From assembly GCA_900088475.1 (NCBI GenBank), contig FLMG01002422.1, positions 1-34,480 on the forward strand: a stretch of DNA of 34,480 bases, read 5' to 3'. The notes beneath the pieces are model-generated. The model searched no databases. It was given only the letters and a program-made list of their open reading frames with translations, and was not told the DNA's origin. The position numbers and the translations under genes are program-made. This DNA is from Hyphochytrium catenoides (lineage: Eukaryota; Protista; Hyphochytriomycota). Of the stretch, positions 9,020 to 21,970 are shown in pieces (position 1 is the stretch's first letter; each line of letters starts with the position of its first letter).

Positions 9020-10764
9020 CTAGCTCTCTGTCGCGTCCTTGTCTTCAACATAAGGAAGTAGTTGGGGGTTCTTGTCAACGCAGCGATTGAAAGGGTTGAG
9101 CAGCATCTTGAGCACCTCCTTCTCGCACTGTTGCAGCAAATCGTCTGCTATCTTCGTTACCTCTGCCGCCTGAGTGGCCGTAGCGTCGGTCTGCTTCGCC
9201 ATAACTGCAACGGCTGTTTGCATGGCCTGCAAAGTTTGCTTTCTTAACTTCATTGACACGTTAATCTGGTTCAAGCTCGCGTCAGCGAAGAAGTCCTCTT
9301 CCATCTTCCGCATAATAGAGACACGTGTCTGGAGATCGGTGGCTGCGCAATAGTCATTGAGAATACTGATGAACAGCATGTTCTCAATGCAAAACTCCTT
9401 AATGCAGTACGCTGCGAACTCTGTGGCAAGCTGTGGCTGCTTAAGGAGCATCTTCAGCCGCCCCGTGTTAGCTACCTTCTTGCTGTTAACCTCTGAGCGG
9501 GTCTTCCTGCTGGTAGCAAGCTCCTCTCCAGGAGCGACCTTGCCTCTGATGCTAGCTTCCGGAGCATTTATCCCCAGCGCCAATGATAGTTTCCAAGGCT
9601 CTATGCCCATAAAGTAGTTGTACGCAGAGAAGGAGATCCACCAGGTCACGATCTCTATAGCCTTAAAGTGCCGGACCATGTCGATAGGGAACGTCGGAGT
9701 GGTGAGAATGACAAAGAGACGCCAGGGCAGCGCTGTGGTTGAGAAGGCGATGACGACCATGATAATGTTCTTCGTCAGCCGGAACTCCTCCTGAACGTTG
9801 CGGAAGAGCCCGATCACGAGGAAGAGGAGAGTGGATGCCGCACAGAAGGGCTGGCCGTAGTACAAGGCATTCTGTTCCGCAGAGCAATGAGGAAAGCAGC
9901 AGAGAGCAGACCATCGAGAAGCAGGAAGGGTGGTCAGAAGGACGAGGTACAGGCTTATAGAGAAGAGCGAGAAAAGCAAAGCGTCGGTCCTTTGGCTTAC
10001 CGCAATGACTGAACTGAAGGTGCAGAGCTTGGTATCCAGTCCAATAAAGGAATAATCCGCATTGAAGGCGATGATCTGCGGCACGCTCAGGATGACAGCC
10101 ATGATGGTGTACTGGACAGCCAGCCACTTGGGCTGCATGGACGCCAAGTGTGGCCTCGCCTTCATGAAAAACTCTTCTGGCTTCTTTCTCCTAGCACGGA
10201 TCAGCTGGACCACATAGCTTGCTTGGACATACCTGCGTCAGGAAGCAAGACCTACAGAGTCAGACACCCAACAAAGAGAGAGGATGATGGCACAGAGAAG
10301 CTTTGAACAGCAGGCAGCCAACAAGAGAGAGGCAGGCAACGACGTGCCACCTACCACATGAGCATGAGCATGCCAGAGACAAAGGGCACCCAGTGAAGAA
10401 TGGGATAGTAGAGCCAGAACATGATGCAGTTTGGTGCATGGAAGAGAGCAGGATGCGTGTCCGCCAGGATGCCTACAGCCACTCCTACGTGCGTAGACGC
10501 CTGGAGCCAGAATGGAGCCACGTTGAGAGGAAAGAACTTCCTCCGCTTGTACATAAGGTAGACGGTGATCACGGTTGAGATCTCCACAAGGACATTGCAT
10601 AGAATGCCCAAGGGAAGAGAGTATGACGTTCGATAGCGAGAGAAGTACGTGTCATCCTCTGGACCAGTGACATATGGAGACCTGATCTCTGTGTAGTTGG
10701 TCGCCTCGGCATCTCTTTGCATCAGCGGCAGCGCGCTCATATCTGTGCCGTTGCTAGCAAACAT
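9020..10764 (-). CDS. 7TM-RGS protein (seven TM helices plus C-terminal regulator of G-protein signalling domain)
   Basis: Exons 10764..10355, 10232..10001, 9871..9020; introns 10354..10233 (GTAGGT..CAG) and 10000..9872 (GTAAGC..CAG) keep the frame. Seven hydrophobic segments, N-terminal NGT/NYT sequons, and an RGS box (LLKQPQLATEFAAYCIKEFCIENMLF...FFADASLNQINVS...EKEVLKML..PFNR) at about 9457..9081. Confidence 0.88.
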
Positions 10765-11369
10765 GCTGCCAGTAGCCAGAGCTCCCAAGTGATGGAATGG
10801 GAGAGACTCAAAGCTCTACTCTTCTATAGCTGCTATGACTTGAGGATAACCGTTTGATCTTCTCTTTGCCAGAGGAAGGCCAAGCACTGTTCCTGTCAAT
10901 CAGCTGCCTAGAGGCTGCAGCTGATAGGGCGACAGAGAAAGCTAGATGTCTAGAGTAGAGCGTAGACAAAGAGTGATCATCAGAAGAGAGATCCCATGAA
11001 TGCCGTGGACGTTAACTAGCAGCGAAGCCCATTCCATTGACGAGACAAAGCCAAAGTCACGCGCCGAATGATAGAGATTAGCCCAGGCTGAGAGCACATC
11101 TCCCTTAAGTATCTCAAGGTCGCTCTTAACCCGCGCGGAGACGGGCCCGCGCCTTATCATCGTGGTTGTTATCTTTGATAGCGTCGGAGCGTAAGGGAAA
11201 GCTCTGGGGCCAGGCGATTAGCACCGAAACCGCCGTCAAGTCCTTAGCATTCTTGTCCGTGCGCGAGTGGGTTTGCGGGTGGGGATGAGCTGGCAAGCAG
11301 GAGCGTAACGGTGCAGGTGAGGCATATGATGAAGAGGAGAGAGGAATGGAATTGGATTGATGACAGAGG

Positions 11370-11601
11370 GGAGAGAGCACAGAGAGAGAAAGAGAGAGAG
11401 AGAGAGCGAAAGAGAGAGAGAGAGAGAGAGTGATAAAGCGAGAAGAAAGAGAGAATGAGGGAGAGAAAAATTGAGAGGTGACCAAGCTCACAAAAAAGAT
11501 AAGGGTGATAAGGGAAGAGCCAGTCGGGAAGGTCGAAGAAAATCGCTTTGTGGGCATGAAGAAACAGAGAGAAGAGAGAGAGAGAGAGAGAGAGNNNNNN
11601 N

Positions 11602-11652
<51 letters not shown>

Positions 11653-12045
11653 TGCGTGTTCAAAGAGGTGCTATAATTTCTTGGATCCGTCCTTCTTCTT
11701 TGTTCCTCTTTCCACCACGCTCCTCCTCTCTTCAAGATAGTGCTTCTTCCCCATAACAAAGAGAGAGAGAGAGACAGAGAGAAAGAGAAAGGAGACTTGA
11801 TGGTTGACAGCAGCAGAGGAGAAGTTTAATAAAGAGGAGTCGCAGCTGAGGCGGTGCTGCCTCTAAGGGGCACTGAACTCCCATCCAACACAAGGACGGA
11901 AGAGAAAGCGTTTGCATGCCCAGTACCTAACGCCAGGAAGACATGGAGCTGGCGGCTTGGTAGGAGTGAGGGCAGCATAGTGGTGGGATTTATAGAGAAA
12001 GAGAGAGAGAGGGAGAGAGAGAGAGAGAGAGATAGGAGAGAGAGA
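11370..12045. repeat. Several (GA)n tracts upstream of the 7TM-RGS gene (small gap 11595..11601)
   Basis: Directly visible. Confidence 0.9.
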
Positions 12046-12120
12046 AACTGTGCAACGGGCTTGGCTGGATCTTCGAGCTTCCTCTTCATCTACAACGCCA
12101 GTCTCTTGATTCTTCCCNNN

Positions 12121-12170
12121 TCTCTCCACTCTCTCTCTCCCCACTCTCTCTCTCTCTCTCTCTCTCCTTC
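12121..12170. repeat. (CT)n tract upstream of the LRR gene
   Basis: Directly visible, immediately after the 3-N gap at 12118..12120. Confidence 0.9.
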
Positions 12171-12461
12171 CTCCTATGAAGCGCTGGTTTTAATAATGGT
12201 TGAAGTCAAGGTACGAGGACTCCAGCTGCCTCTTCTCGCCCATCTCCCATCAGATGGTCGCTTAGTGACCGCGATTCCTACTCTCACTGGGCGCACTTTC
12301 CCCTCTCTTTCTCGCTGTCTCTATATCTCTTTCTCCGTCCCTCTCTGGCTCCCGCTCCGTGGCTCTCTCTCTCCCGCTTGTTGTCTCTCTCGCTTCTTCC
12401 TTTCTTCGCTCTCTGGGACTTCCTCTTTGACTCAGCGACAGTAGGGCAGCATCACCGGGAG

Positions 12462-15400
12462 ATGTACTTGAATGATCCGTGGGGCTCCATAGACTTCTCT
12501 CGTGATGCTGGAGGATGGATGAGGAGCCAGCGACGAGAGGGAGACCTCTCTTCTCCTTCTCTCTCTCTCTCGCACTCCACAGGAGGTGTCTCTCCTTCCC
12601 TTGCCTTTGGTCCAGGAGTCCAAGACGAGGGAGAGAGGGAGAAAGGAGAGGACGAAGGCAGGCTAGATCTCTCCTACAGGCAACTCTCGGAACTGCCATT
12701 GGGAGCTCTTCTCTCTCCTTCTGTGTGGTCTCTTACCCTCTCTCATAACCTCATCGGGAGCATCAGCCCAGCCTTCACAGCTCTGGCAGCGAACCCTCAG
12801 ATGCGAGCTTGGTCAAACTTTGAGACGCTGTTAGAGGTAAAACCAAGAGATACTGTGAGCTCAGTCCCAGGCATGGCACTGTTCGTCTATTGCTTCTGGC
12901 TCTACATGCGTTAGCTTCTGTTTACTCGGGGCTGATGGCTCTTGGCTCTAACCTTTCCCGACCTGCTCGTCTTCCTCTCTGTGTCTCCTGTCACTGCTCT
13001 GAACGACGCGCTTCCGTGGTGACGTCTGCCCTAGTTGAATCTATCTAATAACCGCATAGTCTCCCTCGATGGGATAGAACATCTGTCGCACCTGAAACTC
13101 TTGGACGTCAGCTTCAACAGGTGAGCCGAGGCCATAGCAGCCCGCCAGCGACAGGGCAGACTTGGGACGCGTTTATCAAGCGGGAAAGGGAAGAGAAGAA
13201 GAGAACAGATACTAAGGAAGAACAAGAGTAACGGTGGTCAAGAAGATGGAGAATAGGCTGGATGGTAGACTCTGACGCTGTGGACGAACAGAGCCTGCGG
13301 CGCGGCCCTGAGGATCAGCTGACCCTCCGTGCCAAACTGCTCCCGATCCTCTCCTGCGTGTCTCTCTTAGCATCTCTTCTCTAGGTCCTGTTGCTGATCT
13401 CATGGCGCTGGAGGTATTGCGTGCCTCCGATAACATCCTGCAGGAGGTCAACGGAGCTTTCACAGAGCAAGGTTGCTGCCGACTAAGGCTCTTGGACCTG
13501 TCCAATAACCCTTTAGGCAGTCTTCCGAAGCTTCCCATGCTTTCAAAATTAGAGGTTGGGCCTTGTCTCTTCCATGCTGCCCTTTCAAGCCACCATGCTC
13601 GAGTAGCTCCTCCCTTTACTCCTGCTCTTTTCTTCTCTGTTCACTGCTCTCTCTCCCTGCCTCTCGGTTTCTCCTCTCTCTCTCTCCCCTCTCTGTTGCT
13701 TCCTTTTTTTCCTCCCCTTTCGTCTTCCTCCGTCCTCCTCTCTGTTTTACTCGTCGCTCAATTGTTCCCAGACCAAAAATGGAACTCTAAGCTATACCTT
13801 CGGATCCTGAAGCTATGGTTAGAGCTTTCTCTGCTTCCACAGAAGCCTGCAAATGCAGTTTCTTGTTCCCTACCGCCCAAAGAAGCCACCTTTCTGGACG
13901 TCGCCTCTTACTATACTTGCTTGCCGTCGCCTTGGCGGTGCTGTGATCTATAGGTGTTGAAGCTCAAGGGTTGTCTCATTGCTTCCCTGACCCACCTTCC
14001 GGAGGCTATACCACGCAGCCTGATCGACCTGGATCTGAGCACTAATCGCCTGACCGTGGTGCGGCGAATGCTCTTACTTCTTCTGCTGTATCTTCTGCCC
14101 GGCTTGGCCTTTGACCATGGCTCCTTTTGGCCCCGGTGACGGTGCCTTAAACATTCCTTCTGGCGTCTATTTTTGCTCACCTCCGCATATTGAACACACC
14201 TATCTAGGTCATCTTGAGACAGCTGGCTCTCTAATTCTTAGTTAATTACCTTCATATGCTTGACCTCCCTTGCACATTATTGTCCCTCTTAGCAATTTCT
14301 ACTGCTTGCATGTCCCCTGACAAATGCTCTTGCAGATGGGAGAGATAAGCACGCTTGCTGCTCTGCACAATCTCTCCTCTCTTTCTATCAATGGGAACCC
14401 GTTCCTCTCCCTATTTATAAGCGCCAATGTCGACCCGAGGCCCCTCTTGCTCTTCTGCATTCCTACTCTCCGTTACCTGGAGGGATTGGACGTGTCCCCC
14501 TACCTTTTCACTACGTCTAAGGGCCTCTTTAGGTGCCCAGCTGGGCAACTGGTAATGATGTTCTCCTCTTGTACGTTGTCACTTGTCATTGACTGTTGTC
14601 TCCTCTGAACTGTCTTTCCAACGATGTCTCTTCCTTAGGTTTTACATTTTCTTCCCTGATGAACCTTTGCTGTTGCCCTCCTGCCCCTATACTACTCCCA
14701 GTGGACAACACTAAGCTCACCATCTCTTTTATGACTGTTTGCTTTGCTTTCGCCAGTCTGACTCTCTGATAGCTCTACTGGAACCTGGCCGAGAGAGAGA
14801 ACTCTTAGATTACCTCCGCTCTTGCTGTCCAATAGAAGCGCCGGAACCCTCGCCGGTTCCGACAGAACCACCTTTACCAGTGCACAAGGAGAAAGGTGAT
14901 CGCCAGCTACGACCGTGGTCTCTTATCCTCTTTGCTCCTCTGTCGCCCGCCGCATCTAACCTGCATCTATTTCTCTTCCAGAGATTAGTCATGAAGTAGA
15001 CTCTTTCTCCGGCGCAACGCCAGATAAGGGTCTTGCGGCTCCTTCGCCGCTTGGGGCACTCTCAAGCTGGGTTATGGCTTCCGACATAAAGCAGAAAGCG
15101 CCTGACGAGCAGCCCCCGGACAAAAGCAGTCACGTTCAGGACGAAGGCAGCCATATCTTCCTAGAGCTTGCGAACGCAAAGGAAGAGAGAGAGGTAAGAG
15201 GTGTCTGTCTCTTACATCAGTGGCTGCACATCATCGTCAGAGGTTTGTGCCCCTGCCTAAGCTCCCCCGATCTTCCTTATATTTCGTGCCTTCCTCTCTC
15301 TTTCATGCCTCATCCTTATTCAGATATTGAAGAAGCAGATAGAGGACAATGTAAGTTCGTGTGGGCTGACGGCGTAATGTGCGATGGCGGTGAGCTAGGG

Positions 15401-16762
15401 CGTTATAATAGATATGGATTGAAGACTGATGCGACAATAAAGGCAGGTTTAGGGTCGGTCATAAGGTTCCTTCAGTGCTTTTATGGCGCTCGGATATGAA
15501 AGTAATACCGCGGACTAGGAGGGGGATATGACACTCAGGAGAGAAGAATTCGAACCAAAGGGATCGGGGATGGGGGGCGCGGGATAAGTGATGGACTGAA
15601 TACAGGTGTAAGGGCCCCGACTTTAACCATTCGAAGCTAACCACGTTTCAAAAATGCGGGCCAGGCTAACGCTAGGATTGCTGAACTAGAGTCCGAGATC
15701 CAATCATTGAGAAAGAGCCTTCACCTTCAAGAAGAGGCTGTCAAGAGACTATGGACGGAGGTAACGTCTGCTCATATATTCTGACTACGTAAGCTCGGGC
15801 AGCTTAACGCAAACTTTGCCACTCAAGTATTTCCCCTATTTCTCCTTACGCTCCAGGTTGTCGAATTAAGGTCGCTCAGGGACAAAGATGCCCGAAAGAA
15901 GCTAGTGAAGGCGGTGACAAAGCTTCAGGTCAGTAACGACATATGCCGCTAAAGGTAAGCGAGAGCGGATTAGACCTCTCTTAACATCATAGTCGGCAGG
16001 CAGCCTGGAGAGTAAGAAGAGCTCAAAGGGAGCTGGCCGACCTTAGAGCAGACTATACAGCGTTCTTCTCCTCTCTGGTAAGCCACTTACCTCTCGGGCA
16101 ACCCTTTGCAAGGGTTGAGGAGCCTGGATTGTTCTCTTTCCGCTGCCATCAAGCTACATAGGCTCAGTGTTAACTCACGCCGTGCTGGTCTAAGTATTCT
16201 CTAGACCTAACTCCCTACCCGGTGTGTCAATAGTGACCGGTTCGAGCCCTTGCAATGTTTTAGGGCTATCTCTACGCCCTCTTCTCATTGTCTTGTCATC
16301 TGGCCAGCGCTGCAGGAAGTTCAGCCCCTTTTCTACTACTAACAGCTTGTCCTGCTGAATGCTGGCGGAGTACTGAAATGTTGCCTTCTTTCTTTTCAAG
16401 ACTCAATCAGCACTAACCATCCAGCGATTTATTCGACGAAGACGTCGTCGACACTCTGAGAGACTCAAAAGCAGCGGTGAAAAGAGGAAATTACAGTCGT
16501 TGCGTGCAGAGGTAGAGCAGCCACAGGTACCTAGAGCGACTGCTCTGTCCAACATGGCCACTGGGCTTTACCTTGTAATCCTTGTTGCGTTACTGACCGT
16601 CTGCCATGCCTTTGGCAGGAAACGTGTAACGAACTTCAAGAGCTCCGGCATCTTATTGAGCAACTCAGCTCTAGGCTGCAGAAAGTGGAGGCCTCAAGAT
16701 GCGTCCCTCTTTCCCTCCCTATCACTAGCTACCCTGGAGGAGCAGGCTCGTCAGGCTCTTAA
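12462..16762 (+). CDS. CEP97: CEP97-like centriolar protein: SDS22-type LRRs, LRR cap, coiled coil, two IQ-like motifs
   Basis: Frame-consistent GT-AG exons: 12462-12836, 13035-13120, 13371-13554, 13954-14058, 14336-14551, 14757-14895, 14982-15193, 15324-15350, 15665-15760, 15857-15928, 16000-16077, 16401-16526, 16619-16762. LRRs include LNLSNNRIVSLDGIEHLSHLKLLDVSFN. PGRERELLDYLRSCCP and LQEEAVKRLWTEV resemble CEP97 signature segments (from memory). IQ-like motifs AVTKLQAAWRVRRAQR and ALTIQRFIRRRR. A short upstream exon 12196-12210 (MVEVK) is possible. Confidence 0.75.
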
Positions 16763-17097
16763 GTTAAATCTGTCCCATCTCGTCAACGTCACGGTTGATG
16801 GACCTTGTCATCTATTTATTGCAGTGTCAAACTCAGCATATCTTTAAGGCAATAAATTAGTTCTCCTTAAGCTATTCTACCGGTGATCTTTCTCTTGGTC
16901 AGTCCATTTAGCACTGATCGGGGCCGACGAGATGGAAAGGCTCTATATGTCCCCACTTACATCGTCTCTCATGCCAACTCCGGCGCCCTGAATGGGACGA
17001 GTTACCTTGCTTCTCTTCAGGTCTAGGATGTCTCTAGCTATCTACTGTCCCAACTGGAAGGCGCCGGGCTCCTGTGCGGAAGGACCCAATAGGTCAA

Positions 17098-20000
17098 TCA
17101 GTGCGTTGCAGCTGAGTAAGCGCTATGAGCCCTTTCTTCAAGTTCTCTCTTCCCAATCAGAGGGGTCAACTTCCGCTCCACCTCTCTTTCCTCGTCCTGC
17201 CTTAGGCTATATAGCTCGGGACCCAGATCATAGAGGGAAACAGTTCCCGAAGAGTCACCAACTGCCACGCGCCTGCCGTCCAAGCTCCAGGACAGGCGAC
17301 TTAACGCGCGATCGGTCGTGACCGAAGTACGTACAACCGGAACCTGTAGAGAATAGACGTCAACCACACTCGGAACTGAGGTGCTAGTGCCACCTTGGGG
17401 GAAGTAGCTAATCATATCGACAATGACAAAGACCAAATGATGAAGGAATAGCACTCTTCCTTCAATAGAGCCAGGAAGATTAGCTTTGAAGGGCCAAACC
17501 TCTGTATCCTGATTGATGTTCCAAAGGTCAAAGCTGCCGGTGCCATCCACGCTGCCAAACACTCCGGGGTGGGTGGGGGACCTGGGGTAAGGAAAAAGAG
17601 ATACAGAAAAGTGAGAAGATGGGTTTCGATCGTTCTCTCAAAGCCCTGCAGGCTCACCGCTCTTTGCTTTGCTTTTCAAGGTGATACCCATTTACTAGCC
17701 AGATTCTGTAACTTCTACTTACCACTTAGCGTCGAAGACGTAGTCATTCGCTGTCTCAAAGGAGAAAAGAGGTCGACCAGGACACTTTGAGCTCCAGAAT
17801 TTGCAAGACCAGTCTACTGACGAGGTCAACAGTAGGCGTCCTGCAGGAGAATTGCTTCCGCCTAAAGAAAAGACAGCAAAGGAGGACGGTTAGAGTCACC
17901 GAGCTGCACAGGCCGCTAAAGCAACCAAGACTAGAATGGGATCCTCATTCGAACTGCAGAGCTATAACACTAGTGAATGAAAGTACTCCGAGCGAGAATG
18001 GAAGATACGGAACTTCTTGCGCTTACCTATCAATGGGTGGAGTTGCATCGATGTGACCGGCCCGAAATGACCGCTGAAGAGAGGGCGAACTATACATTCA
18101 CGTGTCGATGAGCTTGACGCCTCTGTCGCCAAGGAGGGATTCTTACTGACTCGCACAAGTTGCGTTGGGGAAGAGAGACACACCGAGAGAGAGTAAAATG
18201 AGGTACGTAGGTTAGGACAAGAGCAGGACAAATGAGAGATATAAGTGCGCCGAGAGCAAGGACAACATCGCCCAATGCAAAAAAATAGCAGACTGGTGGA
18301 CCAAACGGTAGGCTGTGGTCCAGTTAATCAGAAGAAGAGTCCATTTGCTCCAGAGCGCAGAGCCGGCATAGGTGCAGTTTAAAGAGAACAGCAGACGTAC
18401 GGCTTGCCGTATCAACGGCTCAATGGATAAGGAGAATGCATACAGGTAGTTTGGAGTGAAGATGGGCGTGCCATAAGCCCAGGCAGACAGCGCAGATAGG
18501 AAGAGACGACACACAGAAAATGTGTATACTAGGGCCTTTGATCTCACTTGCTGTGCAGCTGGGCTTGAAAGATATCTCCAGATTCTGTGCCAATTAAAAC
18601 TTCATTCATATCCTCCTTCTCCATGGCGACGGAGGTCACGGCCACATTGACGCGCTTTGGAGGGGCAGCCGCTCCTCTACCAGAACCGGAGTCCGACATG
18701 GTATAGACCAGGTCGACGGAGTCCTATGGTAAATAGAAAGAAGCAAAATCTGAGTACAAGGTGCCAAGTTGGAGATATGCATCTGCGTAACAAGATGTAT
18801 CAGCCAGGATGGAGATAGATGGGAAGGCAGAGGTACGAAAGACAGAAACACTAGTTTGGGACGGGTATCCTGCTAGAAAGAGCTGAACTACGCACCGTGG
18901 GCTGGGCCAGATTACTCATCGACCACAGACAGAGGCGGCCGTCTGTACTAGTAGTCAGCAAGCTACAAAGGAAGTTTCACCTCAGTGGCAGAGATGGATA
19001 AGATGAAACAGACGCAGAAGAAAGAGGAACCCCGCAGAGCAAAGGCGAACAAAGAAAGAAAGTTTACAAGGTACCAAGATGTCAACACTGCGCATTGCGC
19101 GGCGACAGTAACAACACACAGTGGAGTGGCTAGATAGGTCTAACAAGCCTAGAGCGGAGCAAGGGGCTCCTGAGGCAGACCATTGCCAGCATCAGGAGTG
19201 GTCAATGAGAGCATCACCAAAGAGGCCCTAAATGGTAGCTCGAGACAATCGCGAAAAGGCTAAAGGAATGCCAGAGCAACAGATATTGATGTATACAGCG
19301 ATTGGATGGAGAGGCATCTTGTCCTAATGGCGCACCTGTGCGCATTCTTTGAGCCCACAACTCCCATGCTGAAGACTGGATGCGTGTGACCAACGGTGGA
19401 AAGCTGGGTCCGCTGCACCGGAATGGCCTTGGNNNNNNNNNNNNNNNNNNNNNNNNNNNNNNNNNNNNNNNNNNNNNNNNNNNNNNNNNNNNNTAGTTAG
19501 GAGATTTAGTAGATTCTTAGGGAGGGCACAGATTGGGAGGGATGACCAAGCAATCATGGACAACATGAAGATATCTCGCTGAAGATAGAGCTACTTCACA
19601 CCTGGCCCGAGTACGTGCCTCCTACGATCAAGTTCCGGTCAAAGGGGTGGAAGCAGGCCGACAGCAGCGCTGACGCGCAGGTAAAGACGTACTCTGGCCT
19701 AGAGGGAAGCGTTGTGATACGTATATGTAACTTGCTCTCAGTATTTTCCTTTTTCTCATCATTTTTGCCGTCTTCAGTATACGAGACGCTACCTGTTAGT
19801 CATGGCAGTGGACCACAGAAGCACTAGTCCGTCAGCCTCTGAAGTTATGTTGAAGTCTTGCCAATCCGCGCCAGAGGAGTCGATATTCCTCGAGTTATAA
19901 CCAGCAAGAAACATTTCCTAGGAGGGAGAGGATATGACCAGAAAGTCAAATCTTCGGCAGAAGGACGAGAGCCCGAGAGTAGAAGAGAGGGGCAACAGAT

Positions 20001-21970
20001 TGTCAGACGGAACAGATAAGCCGAAACCCTGCACCTTGTAGTGAGGAGACCATTCCAGCGTTGTGATTGCGCGATTTCTGCTCCACTTGTCCTCTTCCAT
20101 CCTGCCCTGAAGGGAAGAACATGGAGACCATGAAGGTAGTCAGACTTGATGACGATAAAGGTAGCGAGACGATTTTAGCAGCTGCTGAGTTTCAGGGCTC
20201 GGCTCGGCAGAGGTCATCACAGCAGGTAGCTAGGCTGCTCGTACACAAGCTCTATTATAGCGTATCTAGTCAAGCAAGAAGAGTAGTCAATAGTACTGAG
20301 TAGAAGCTCTCCTTACCCACAGGTTGACTTTCTCAATCGTTGTTGCCTTTGAATCATCATCATCTGCTGCCCCGTAATCTATCAGATCATCTCCGTGCTC
20401 CAATCGGCTCAACACGCGTTCCACAAAACGAGATGACTTGGAAAGGAAATCCTACCGCGAAGAACAGAAGGGGCCACAACGTAAGGCCTGACAAAGAGAC
20501 TCTATCTAGGACTCAGTAGAGGTATAGAACCGGAGTAGTTGATGGACGTCATCATTTAGCCGAGACGTAACCAAAATGGAGACATAAAGGTGTGATTGCT
20601 CGGCACAGGAATGGTATAGAGTCTTTGTAGATCAAAGCAGCTTTCACGTTAGGGACATGCTCTGGCTTACCTCAAACCCTGGTGATGATAGGATCTTTTG
20701 CTTTTCTTCGGGCGGAACCTCCGCAGCAGCTTGCATTTCTTCTGATGTGCCACTGGCCTCTGCCCCTTCCGCCTGCTTTTCCTCATCTCCAGCGAATTCT
20801 CCTGCGTTCTGTTTACCATCGACTCCAGCGTCTACGATGGTGCGACGCTTGGGTGAGGGAGTTGGCGACTGGAGAGGCATGATTTAGCTTGGCGGGCATT
20901 AATATTGAAATGAAGTAAGCATGTGGCAGAGTGCTAACGTCGAGCTAGTCAAGGTTAAATTGAAGGACAGACGTTGAGCTGTAGAGTTGGTGTAAGAGAC
21001 GAAGAGAGGTGCTTGACAGGCGCAAGGGACCGAACGAGACGGTGGAAAACAAAGGGGTTCGTTTGGAGAGAACCTCTAGATGCAGAAAGATAGCGAGAAC
21101 GAAAGCAAAACCGAGGGAGAGAATAAATCCCAGGAAAAAGCTGTGAGAAGAAAGAGGATACGTGGCCTACCGATGGTGTGACAACGCTATCTGTCTCTGT
21201 CGCTTTGTCGTACACTTCCCTCGTCTGACTTGCGATCGTGACCTCCGCAATATTGAAGACCTAGACGTAGAGCATTAATAATTGAAGAACGACCAGTTCA
21301 CCAGAGTCTACAAGGGGAAGGGGAGGAGAAGGTGCCGGCGCAACGAAAAGTACTTACCGTCGAGAGCCGAGAAAGCTTCTCTGCGAAGGATTCCTCTGCT
21401 CCAATGGTTCGCTCGCTAGGCTTCTTCGGTAGCTTGTTTTCAGACTGGGAGTTCAGCGCCGATAGCGTCAGACAGAGAGATGCCGTACGAGTGAGACAGT
21501 GGCGAAAGTGGCAGAATGGAGGTGAAGGAGAGGATAACCAGGGTTCAGCGGTTAACGAGGGCCGCGCTCTTCCCAAAATTAACTTGCAGAAGGACAAGGG
21601 CGATCAGCCCTGCAAGAAGCGCACCGGTGTGTCAGTTGACGGCGCCGCGGCGGTGGACGTCAGTATGTTCTGAATGAAGTCATCCAAGCGGGCATCTCCA
21701 GGAGCTGCTGCTGGCAGGCTTCCGGAGGCAGTGGTTACTGATGCAGAAAGCTCGCTGCATTGAAAGCCAACCGATCAGTGGCTTAGCAAAGACTCACAAG
21801 TTCAAAGATCTTTGGGTCCAAGAAGAATGGTGGGTAACGGATTGTATCAGGAGAGTGCTATACCTTGCAGAGCTCGCTGCAGCTGCTTTGCGTTTTCGAA
21901 GCTCTTCAAGCTTCCTTTTCTTCTCTTCGAGCTCGGCCGACCGCCGCTGCCTTGCAATATCACGATCCAT
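17098..21970 (-). CDS. DYNC1I: Cytoplasmic dynein 1 intermediate chain (N-terminal coiled coil plus WD40 propeller), about 16 exons
   Basis: N-terminus [19 protein letters not shown]; YDKATET light-chain-site-like motif; conserved blocks [128 protein letters not shown]. One exon start is hidden in the gap 19433..19493. Confidence 0.93.
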
